The position numbers and the translations under genes are program-made. Shown here one piece after another: positions 1-10,310 of a DNA stretch of 64,000 nucleotides. Position 1 is the first letter of the stretch. Each line of letters starts with the position of its first letter. Source of the stretch: Okamejei kenojei (lineage: Eukaryota); NCBI GenBank assembly GCA_035221665.1, contig CM069145.1, positions 24,118,001 to 24,182,000 of the forward strand. The letters are read 5' to 3'. Below the pieces are notes generated by a model. The model was not told the DNA's origin. It worked only from the letters and a program-made list of their open reading frames with translations, and searched no databases.

Positions 1-358
1 CTTGCTGTCTCCTCCCCTTCCCACCTCTCCCTCAGCCCTTGGGCCCTGGCATTCCCTCTCTCTCCATCTCCCTCCCCCCACCCTAGTCGCACTAGCTTCT
101 CATTTTCACACCACAAACAGCTTACAATGGCTTGTTCCCTTTATCATCGATACTTTTTTGCATATCTTTCATTCATTGTTCTTTATCTCTCCACATCACC
201 GTTTCCCTGATCCCTGACCAGTCTGAAGAAGAGTCTCGACCCGATACGTCGCCTATCTCCTTCGCTCCTTAGATGCTGCTGCACCCGCTGAGTTTCTCCA
301 GCTTTTTGTGTAACCCTCGATTCTCCAGCATCTGCAGTTCCTTCTTTAACACCTACAC
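1..358 (+). mobile_element. Penelope-like 3' UTR/pLTR fragment
   Basis: Same UTR and terminal repeat as 11170-11520; mutated hammerhead core at 223-250. Confidence 0.7.
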
Positions 359-856
359 AGCACCTGCTGTGTTCCAATGTTCACAGCCCCCCCCCCCCCC
401 CACACACAGACAGACACGATAATCATTAATTTCTGCACTTTCCTGTCTGTTAACCAATCCTCAATCTTATGTGCTTTTTTTGTATCATAATACTTTGCAT
501 TGTTATGATTGTTCTCCTACATCCACTGGTTCCCATTTATTTATTCTGTAGGTACAACAGAAACCTCTAAAGGTTTGTCAAACTTGACAAAAAACATGCT
601 CAATCTGTCATTAATAATTTTTAACCATACACAAAATGTGAGCATTGCTGGCAAAATCAATGTTTACTGCATACCCAACAGCCTTTGAGAAGAGAATGGA
701 TCTTCAAAATTCTCTTTCCAAGACACATGAGGCTGAGTTGCTGAATATATTCAGGACAGAAATTGGTAGGATTTATTCAAAGGTATCTAGCCCATCCCTG
801 CTTATGGTTGTTATATCTAGAGCTAACTGGTCCCCATTGAACATTGGGGGAATAAG

Positions 857-951
857 GGGTACACAAAAAGCTGGAGAAACTCAGCGGGTGCAGCAGCATC
901 TAAGGAGCGAAGGAGATAGGCGACGTTTCGGGTCGAGACCCTTCTTCAGAC
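857..951 (-). mobile_element. Penelope pLTR-derived mini-insert with intact minimal hammerhead core and 11-bp TSD
   Basis: Flanked by GGGGGAATAAG at 846-856 and 952-962. Minus strand reads GTCTGAAGAAGGGTCTCGACCCGAAACGTC. Confidence 0.8.
922..949 (-). ncRNA. Minimal type I hammerhead ribozyme motif (PLE-type), activity untested
   Basis: CUGAAGA-A-GGGU(CUCG)ACCC-GAAAC-GUC; palindromic ACGU stem III; stem I only about 2 bp. Confidence 0.6.
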
Positions 952-1724
952 GGGGGAATAAGTGCTGCTTGATAGTGCTGCTAATCGTGAATCTGCTTGG
1001 GCGAAAAAAAATCTGATCTAACCATATCCAGTTCGATTTCAACTTAATGCCTTAATTTTTTTTTTAATACATGGCCACCTATGGCCAGGTTCTATCAGGT
1101 TTGGGTCAGGTAGCAAGGTTCCAGTGAAAGGACTGTCCATTGTGTGGTTGGTGAAGAACAGATGGAATGATTATTAGTCACACTGCTGAAATGTGTTAAT
1201 TGCAACAGGCCACAGACTCAGTTTTACATATTTCTTTGAGGACTCAACTGCTTAGTGAATGATGACACTGCCAATTTATTTTAAGCAATGACCACAGTAA
1301 TTTATCTGTCCCTGCAGCCTTCAGTGACAGTTCAAAGTGACCCTCAATAAATAAAGAAGGGCTGTAAGTTTGTGCCATGAGACTTGATAGAATCCAGATA
1401 CAATTGCACGAATTGCAGGCTCTGTGGGACTTGACCCTCGATGGTGATGAAGGTGTCAGAGTTATTGGCTGGGGGTCTGTAATTATCCTAGATTATTGCT
1501 TTGCTAGTCTGTGGGATAGTTCCCCCACTCTTCATGTATCCAGATGTTACTGAGAAGGACTTTTCTTGGTTGGCTTGGCTGATTATCATATTCAAATCTA
1601 GTGCCAAAGATGATACCAGGTGGTATGCTTAATTCTACTCTTGAAGATTTTGCATTGCATTTGTACAGCTCGGTTGCTTTTAGTTTACAGCCCAAAGGTA
1701 TGGACATTGAATGAATTTTCCAAT

Positions 1725-2110
1725 TGTAGGTAACTAACCTACAAACACCCCCACCCATTATATCCCCCCCCCTCTCTTCCCTGCACCTCACCTGGATGCA
1801 TAATCAGTTCTCCCCCATTCCCTTCCACCAATATTCCTTCCACTGGCTTCACATTTCATGTCCCTTATATCACATCCTTTTGTCTTTTAATCTCTGGCTT
1901 TTGTCCAGTTATCTGCCATGCAACCCCCCTCACTTGTACCCCACATCACTTGCCTGGCTTTGTCCTGCCCCCACCTTTCTTCTAGCTTTCTCTCTGATAC
2001 TATATTGAGCCTGAAGACCGTCTGAGTCCTCCAAAAGTGCTACCTGACCCAATGAGTTATTCTAGCACTTTGTGCCTTACTTTGCAAACCAGCATCTACA
2101 GTCCCTTTCT
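1725..2110 (+). mobile_element. Old Penelope-like 3' UTR/pLTR fragment
   Basis: Degenerate match to 11170-11520, ending ccagcatctacagtccc. Confidence 0.55.
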
Positions 2111-2847
2111 TTAAAATATGACAGCATTGCTTATATCTTGCTAATTATTAATATATTTAATGCCGTATTTAAATATTTAAAGGAAATAAAAATCAATAAG
2201 TGCCAATTCTCTGCAGAATCTTTTATATTTGGAAATTCATGTTTGAGTTCAGAGTAGTAGCATACAGTTATAATGGCGTATTCATAACTACCCAATCCCA
2301 TTGCTCTGCTTATTTTTTTTAAATGTGAAGAAAGAGTGCAGTATTCTTATTTCCATATAATTTTCAAATAGTTTCTCTGCAGGAGAATTGTGATTTGATG
2401 CTGCACGTTTGAAGGGTTTTAAACAAATTTAATTATTTAATAAGCAGTTTGACTGGAAAATAGTGGTAAACATACTTTCCTCAGAAAACGGAGAAAATTA
2501 AAAGTGGCATAATGGCAACAGGAAAACATTTAGAATGTTTAGAGTAAAACTCCTTGACTTAAAGTTCAACATCTAAGATTTGAATGTGAGAATGAGAACA
2601 TTTGATTGATTGTACCATGCTTTAAATGAGCTAATTGTGGCCTTAGAATAGGGCAAGGTTCCCCCATGAATTAATTCCCAATAGATGCCAGCATCCAGCC
2701 AAATATGTTTGACTCTATCAAAGGTCTTATTGTTAACCAGAGGCACCGTGTCTTTGCATTGCACTCAAAATATTTGCTTGTGAGGGAATCTTTTGGCAAA
2801 TTCAAAACACTCCTTTAGAAATGCTGGCAAGATAATAATATAATATA

Positions 2848-5077
2848 CAGTGCCCGCCATAATGTTTGGGACAAAGACCAATCATGTATTTAGTTGCCTC
2901 TGTACTCCACAATTTGAAATTTGCAATAGAAAAATATCACATGTGGTTAAAGTGCACATTGTCAGATTTTATTAAAGGGTATTTTTATACATTTTGGTTT
3001 CACCATGTAGAAATTACAGCTGTGTTTATACATAGCTCCCCCTTCTCAGGGCACCATAATGTTTGGGACACATGGCTTCACAGGTCTTTGTAATTGCTCA
3101 GGTGTGTTTAATTGCCTCCTTCATGCAGGTATAGGAGAGCTCTCAACACCTAGTCTTTCCTCCAGTCTTTCCATCACCTTTGGACATTTGTATTATTGTT
3201 TATCAACATGTGGACTAAAGTTGTGCGAATGAAAGTCATAGAAGCTATTATGAGACTGTGAAACAAGAATAAAACTGTTAGAGAGATCAGCCAAACCTTA
3301 GGCTTACCAAAATCAACTGTTTGGAACATCATTAAGAAGAAAGAGAGCACTGGTGAGCTTACTAATCGCAAAGGGACTGGCAGGCCAAGGAAGACCTCCA
3401 CAGCTGATGACAGAAGACTTCTCTCTATAATAAGGAAAAAAAAACAAACACCTGTCCGACAGATCAGAAACACTCTTGTTTGGATTTGTCAATGACCACT
3501 GTCTGCAAAGACTTCATGAACAGATATATAGAGGCTGCACTGTAAGATGCAAACCACTGGTTAGCCACAAAAATGGGATGGCCAGGTTACAGTTTGCCAA
3601 GAAGTACTTAATAGAGCAACCACAGTTCTGGAAAAAGGTCTTGTGGACTGATGAGACGAAGATTAAAGGGCCTGACCCACCAGCATGCGACTCCATGCGG
3701 TGAGCGTGACCAAACTGGAAGCGGGGGCCGCGCGGATGTCGGGTGATCCCCGTACAGGGCCCGTCCCACCAGCATGCACCTGCATGCGGCAAGCGCGACC
3801 AAACCAGCCGCGGAGGTCGGGTGAGTTGCGCGATGTGGTGCGAAGTTGGAGCGATGTCCGCGGTAAGTTCGCAAGCACAGAAAGGGAGACACGGAGGCAC
3901 ACAGAGAGGGGCACGGAGGCATACAGAGGGAGGGCCATGGAGGCACACACAGAGAGGGTCACGGAGGCCCATATAGAGAGGGTCACGGCGGCACGAAGTC
4001 GAGGCGGTGCGTAAATGTGTCGCGGCGGTTATGGGCCGATAGGTTATGGGCCGATAGGCCGTTGCCGCGCTGAATTTTTGAACACGGTCAGTTTTTCGGA
4101 GCCCCGCGTGATGCCGGGACCAGCTCCGCACAACTCCATACGGCTCCAGCGATCGAAGTTGGACCGGCCTCGCGAGGCCGGACGGCTCAAGCGACCACGT
4201 TAGGACGCGCTCACCGCATGGAGTCGCAGGCTGATGGGACAGGCCCTTAACTTACAATCAGCGTGAGTGCTAGAGCAAAGTATGGAGGAGAGAAGGAACT
4301 GCCCAAGTTCCAAAGCATACCACCTCATCAGTGAAACACGGTGGTGGGGGTGTTATAGGCTGGGCATGTATGGCTGCAGAAAGTGCTGGCTCACTTATCT
4401 TCATTGATGATACAAGTGCTGATGGTAGTAGCTTAATGAATTCTGAAGTGTATGGACACATCCTATCTGCTCAATTGCAAACAAATGCCTCAAAACTCAT
4501 TGGCCATCGGTTCATTCTACAGCAAAACAATGATCCCAAACATCCCGCTAAAGCAACAAGGCAATTTTTCAAAGCTAAAAAATTGTCAAATCTTGAGTGA
4601 CCAAGTCAATCGCCCGATCTGAACCCAATTGAGCATGCCTTTTATATGCTGAAGAGAAAACTGAAGGGGACAAGCCCCCAAAACAAGCTTAAGGTAAAGA
4701 TGGCTGCAATACAGGCCTGGCAGAGCATCACCAGAGAAGACACCCAACAACTGCCGATGTCCATGAATCGCAGACTTCAAGTAGCCATTGCATGCAAAGG
4801 ATATGCAACAAAAATACTAAACATGACTACTTTTATTTACATGACATTGCTGTGTCCCAAATATTATGGTGCCCTGAAATGGGGGGACTATGTATAAACA
4901 TTGCTGTATTTTCTACATGGTGAAACCAAAATGTATAAAAAATACCCTTTAATAAAATCTGACAATGCACTTTAACCACGTGATTTTGTCTATTGCATGT
5001 CTCAAATTGTGGAGTACAGAGGCAAATAAATAAATGATGGACACATTGCTGTGTCCCAAACATTATGGAGTGCATAG
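2848..5077 (+). mobile_element. Decayed Tc1-family (IR/DR type) DNA transposon
   Basis: TA|CAGTGCCCGCCATAATGTTTGGGACA...TGTCCCAAACATTATGGAGTGCATAG|TA, with ~225 bp TIRs and inner direct repeats. Transposase fragments WKKVLWTDETK, VKHGGGGVIGWAC, FILQQNNDPKH and SPDLNPIE; frameshifts and stops present. Confidence 0.93.
3667..4247. mobile_element. PIF/Harbinger-type non-autonomous element nested in the Tc1 transposase
   Basis: TAA|AGGGCCTGACCCACCAGCATGCGACTCCATGCGGTGAGCG...CGCTCACCGCATGGAGTCGCAGGCTGATGGGACAGGCCCT|TAA. Removing it restores the Tc1 frame TDETKINL. Confidence 0.85.
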
Positions 5078-5830
5078 TATATGGTCTTGTTGGTTCTCAT
5101 ATGAATTTCTAAGCATACGCTCTTAAAAGCATTCCAATGTTTTCTTTGGGGGGTCTGTAGCTGTTCTGTGGTCTCCTTCCAAAGTTTAAAGACATTTCAG
5201 AGGTTTTTTAAACTGGATACCTTTTACAAGCCTCATAGCTATTAAAGCAGGATGTTGCTTCATACATAATGAAAAAACAACAGAGAACAACCTTATGAAA
5301 ACCCATGCACTTCAGAACCACCTATATTTAAAATTCTATTTCCATGAGCTAGAATATAATTTTAAACTGTGCTCCAAATAATAGCTGAAGCAGCATTTCA
5401 TAAAATTGGTAGCCTTTTATGCTCCTTTATATGAAAAAAGGTTGATGTAATTTTAATTTTATTTTGTAGGCATTTTGAATTGGTTAATATTTCTCATTTG
5501 TAATAAATTTGTAAGACTTGATTCTTGATTCAATAGAATTTATTGTCATGTGTTCCAGATAGGGCAATGAAATTCTTGCTTTGCTTATATCTCCCTTTCA
5601 AATTTCCTTACTTGCTTTTTTGCTTTTGCAAAGGGGGGGGGGGGGGGTTAGGGAATCAAAGGGAAACTTCTGAACTAACTTAATTTAATCAAGCGTGCAA
5701 TAGTTTCCTGTTAACTGTGTTAATGGAATAAAAAATCTAATGAAAGTTAAATGTGAAAAATTATGTATGGATTCACTCAGTGTTTCATGTATCAGTACAA
5801 CGTATGCTTGTTTTCTCGAATTTGTTTCAG

Positions 5831-6021
5831 AGCGGTCACCCCACAGGCCCATTCTTCAAGCAGGATTGCCTGCAAATAGAACAGCATTGGTGGGAAGTGA
5901 TGTGGAGTTTGTATGTAAAGTATTCAGTGATGCCCAACCCCATATACAGTGGCTGAAGCATGTTGAAAAGAATGGCAGTAAATATGGTCCAGATGGAGCT
6001 CCTTACTTCAATATTTTAAAG
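5831..6021 (+). CDS. fgfr2: FGFR2 exon IIIa (IgII-IgIII linker and first half of IgIII)
   Basis: ttcag|AGCGG...TTAAAG|gtttga, 191 bp. Encodes (E)[63 protein letters not shown], the FGFR2-type sequence. Confidence 0.97.
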
Positions 6022-7085
6022 GTTTGAAAATTCAAAGGCTTTCAGGATGTGATGTTTTTGAGGAGTGATGTTTGTTATCAATAATGAAAAAATATCCATA
6101 TTTTAATTATCTGCAGACATCCATTTTGTTTTACATTATTCCTAATTCTAGTTAAATCCCAATCATTTCTCGTGAAATTGAATTATTTTTCTTCTCAAGT
6201 TCCATTGCTAAAAATACCTCTACATTTCAAATAACTTAAAAACATTGTGCAGAACAGATGGCTCCTGGATCTAATTGGTCTGTCAAGTAAGATAGTCCAT
6301 CTGAATCATTCCACTTCCTACTCCACTCTTTGTTCATAAGTAAGCAGCATATTCTGATTCTGAGTTTAATTCTGATCAGAGATCCTATGAAGAACAAAAG
6401 TGAAGATGGCAAGCTCCACCCATAGTCTTTGACAGCTGGGTGAGCCACACCATCAGGTTTAATCTGGTGTCAAAACTGTTAACAGCCAATGAATGTCTCT
6501 GACATTCACAAGCAAATGAAATATTTTTATCTTCAAATATATTATAAACATTTAAAATAATTTATACTTAAAAACTGGTGCATTATGTAATTTATAAGTT
6601 GCTTCATTCAATTACCCAAAACTTGACTATCTCTCTCAGAGCCATTTATCTCCAATGCAATAAAGGGAGACGCTGATCTTGTTCAGGTTTAATCAATAGA
6701 CTCCCAACTTAACCACTGGAACACTGAAGGAATTGGATCTCTGCCTGGTGGACTCCAAGTGTTATCAGTGGCAGAACAAAGTTGGAAAGATAGTGATCAA
6801 ATTTCAGAAAGATTGACCCTTGCTGAAAGAAAGATACTCCACTGGTTTAAAACATGCCAACTAAACTGGTATGACCTATTCCTGCAGAATCGTTCATTTA
6901 ATGATTTTTCACAGTCCTTTCTTCTCCTTCATGACAAAGATTGTGGGCCGTTTTCGTGAATAAAATAATTTTCTTTATTTCAAAAAGTTATTTCATGTGG
7001 AGATTAATGCTGGTGGTGGGATATGAGCTCTGTTCATGCCAGAATGGCAATTATATTGTTATCTTCTGTTATTGGTTTGTTCTAG

Positions 7086-7236
7086 CACTCGGGGATAAAT
7101 AGTTCCAATGCAGAAGTTCTGAATCTAAACAATGTGACTGAGGCGGACAGTGGCGAATATATATGTAAGGTCTCCAATTATATTGGAGCTGTCAATCAGT
7201 CTGCTTGGCTCACTGTTGCTCAATTCTCCCCAAAAG
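7086..7236 (+). CDS. fgfr2: FGFR2 alternative exon IIIb (epithelial/KGFR isoform)
   Basis: tctag|CACTCGGGG...CCAAAAG|gtaaca, 151 bp. Encodes [50 protein letters not shown]; [11 protein letters not shown] is characteristic of FGFR2 IIIb. Absent from the ORF track. Confidence 0.96.
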
Positions 7237-7416
7237 GTAACACAATTACAAAAACAAAAATCACAAAGCTCTGCCCATGGTAAATGAATTTGGGAAACAG
7301 CTGATTCATGCTGGGAGATGCTTGGAAGATTGAAAGCAACTTGCGGAATCTTTGGGCTTTGGGTTATTCATAGTTTCTTAACTTCCTTTCCAAGATGCAA
7401 CTTTATGCACGGTAGA

Positions 7417-7436
7417 CATGGAAAAATATCCACAAT
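7417..7436 (+). promoter_or_regulatory. ISE-2/IAS2 intronic splicing element (5' arm of IIIb-activating stem)
   Basis: CATGGAAAAATATCCACAAT resembles the mammalian IAS2 element and is complementary to 7632-7653. Confidence 0.85.
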
Positions 7437-7631
7437 GTGCGACTAAATTCTCTGTAACAATACAGTTCGACTTGTTTTTCAGTTTGTCTTTACCTTTTTC
7501 ATCACTATACAGTTCTTTATTGTTTTGTGAATTTTCTTCTTTAATTTTCAGCATTTTCATTTCCTTCTGTTTCATGTCCTCTTTCATTTCACCCCTTTTA
7601 TTCGAAGACAAAAATTATGAAGAAAATAATT

Positions 7632-7698
7632 ATTGTGGCTCTATTTTTCCATGAGTTCAATTGCATGTCTAGAAGGGTGAGTTAAGATGGTGATGGGT
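7632..7698 (+). promoter_or_regulatory. ISAR/IAS3 core followed by RBFOX TGCATG and a UGG-rich ISE/ISS-3-like (ESRP) element
   Basis: ATTGTGGCTCTATTTTTCCATG, then TGCATG (7662-7667), then GGGTGAGTTAAGATGGTGATGGG. Confidence 0.8.
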
Positions 7699-7895
7699 AT
7701 CTGATTATTCCAGACAACAAGCTTGGGTGCAAGCTGTGGATGAAGGGTTGTGGATAGGTACAACACTCTATTAGGTTGCTGCACCTCTACTGTTACGCAG
7801 CAATCCCTTGGTTTGTTGTTCCTGTCCACAAATATCTCATGATGTCTTGCTTGTATATTTTTTTTTTTTGTTTTTGCTTCCCTTTTATCTTCTAG

Positions 7896-8132
<237 letters not shown>

Positions 8133-9849
8133 TAAAATTGTACCAACATAGATGGATAATTGTATATAATTATATATAATGTATTTGTTTAAATAATTAA
8201 GGGGAGAGTCACACTGACAATTGTTTTTTTTACCGTTGCAATGCCAGTTTCTCTTCTATAATAGAGCAGTGTTATTTCTTGGGAATTCACTCAATGAATT
8301 AACTTTATTTCTTCATTGATTGCATGCATTCAGAATGAGGTTCTGATTCATTTGCAGCAGAGGGCATGGAAAGTCTTACTGAGCATGTTGAAACTGATGC
8401 TGTTTCTCTTTCTTAAGAAATAGTCATCAGTGATATTTTTTTAACTGATAATTGGCAGGAAGAAAGTTGGCATGACACAACTAAGTTCAGGCGAAACTTC
8501 CACAATTATCACTCTTCAATGAACTGCACCTGCTCGGCAATTCCCTTGTGAAAGTTCAATTCTGTTGAACAGTGATGGTTATCAGATTTGCAGGATGCAA
8601 TAACAACTAATCTTTTCTCCTTGGAGAAAAGGACCTGCTAACCACACTGTTTGATCTGAATGAAGTATTGAGGTTTTTCACCAAATACCATGATTGTCTT
8701 TTTTAAGAATGCAACAAACCTTTGCTGTAGTCTTTAATTTCACAGACAATCAGGTAAAAACCTTCCTGCAGCTTTGCTTTCACTAGAAATCTGGGACTGT
8801 TCCTGGTTTTATTTGCTTCTTGTTTCACCTTAAAGCTTTCAGAGGGCATGTTATGCTTGGTAGCTTTTGGCATTACTACTTGTTATGGATGGCAGAAGCT
8901 TGAATAGCATTCATTATGCTAAATATGTTGTGCTGTAGATGTACGTTAATGATAAAATTTAAGGCACTGCCTAACACACTGAGTGTTGTTTTGCTTATGT
9001 AATATACATGAAGCTGTATAACTGAATATTTATCACTTTAACAAAAGCTGGTTCAGTTTAACCTTTTAGCTCTATGAGTCTTGGACTTTGCACCAGAGCA
9101 TGTACAGTTTTAAATTTAACATCAATATAATTTTTAACTGAACATAACAATTGTAGTGAAATAACTGCCAGTATGATAAAGCTGGGCAGAAATATAATTC
9201 ATTTATTAGTTCTGTACTTGAATTTTATTTTTTGTTTGGTTTTTATTGTCATTATTAGTATCCCTCAACGGCTTAAAGAGCAGGAAGCCGTTTCCCCCCC
9301 CAGTTTTGCTGTAATAACTTTTTAAAAATTACAAAAACAAGACAAAGTCACCTTGCTCCTTGTCTTCCTAATTCTTTGCAAAATGTCACTCTTGAATCTA
9401 ATGCAAAGGTACACCAGTACTACATCAGTCCCTGGTTTCCTCCCTCTTGTGACTGCAGACATCCAATATCTCAGTTTAATGGCTTTGTAGGCCTGATCAT
9501 TCTGTCACAGCATTACTGCAACCACAAGGTTTGTTCAGTTGGTGCCACTGGTGTAATGAGCAGAAAGAGGACCTTTTCCTTTGGTATCATAAGATGCTGA
9601 GGCCACTTCCAACAAGACTGGTATTGTACCAGTATAACAGAGGCTTTGTAGTAAAGGCAAATAACTCGGTATCACAATGGTATAGACGAGATCTTTGAAA
9701 CAAAAGGCACTCACTTTGTTTATTATTATGGAAAATGTTCTGAAAGAATATGAATGTTGCTGTTAGTAATATTTCACTTCTATTTCAGTCACCTTATGTG
9801 TAAATCTATACGCTAACATCTGACAATTATTTCTTCACGTGCAATCCAG

Positions 9850-10052
9850 TGCCCGAAGACAAACAAAAAGGGTTGACCTCTCCTGACTATCTGGAAATAG
9901 TTATCTATTGCATTGGTGTTTTTGTAATCGTTTGCATGGTGCTGACGGTTATTATTTGCCGCATGAGGAGCTCTGCCAAGAAGCCAGATTTCAACGCCCA
10001 GCCAACGGTGCACAAGCTGACCAAAAGCATTCCTCTGCGCAGACAGGTAACA
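9850..10052 (+). CDS. fgfr2: FGFR2 transmembrane exon (ends 10046 for VT-, 10052 for VT+)
   Basis: tccag|TGCCC. Encodes [65 protein letters not shown](VT). Donors read CAG|gtaaca|gaaagt. Confidence 0.95.
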
Positions 10053-10310
10053 GAAAGTAGATAAGAGAGTTCAAGAATCTTTACTTAACATAACATACAT
10101 TTATTTTTTCCATATTAGTGGACACCCCAGAAGTGATCAATCAACTTCCCCTCTTTCTGTAACATTAACCAAAACATTGTCTTTACTCTAAATAGACTAC
10201 TGTCGAATTGCCAGTGCTGAGCTGTTTATCCACTCGCTAAGCTTATTAAATAACTATCCATTGTATTAGTCATCAATTACATGCTATAGAAGTTGTTTCA
10301 ATTAGGAAAT

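Noticed and set aside
645-1016. 123-aa ORF sharing TQKAGETQRVQQHLRSEGDRRRF with ORFs at 183, 32710 and 47678
   Set aside because: The shared peptide is the antisense translation of the pLTR repeat, not a protein family.
3514-4203. Cluster of overlapping 60-205 aa ORFs on both strands
   Set aside because: They lie in the GC-rich repetitive MITE interior, where stop codons are scarce, and show no recognisable domain.
5740-5830. ORF-track N-terminal extensions of FGFR2 exons (also at 17899, 22584, 25245, 32467 and 33541)
   Set aside because: Intronic read-through upstream of clear AG acceptors; exon sizes and phases fit the conserved FGFR2 structure without them.
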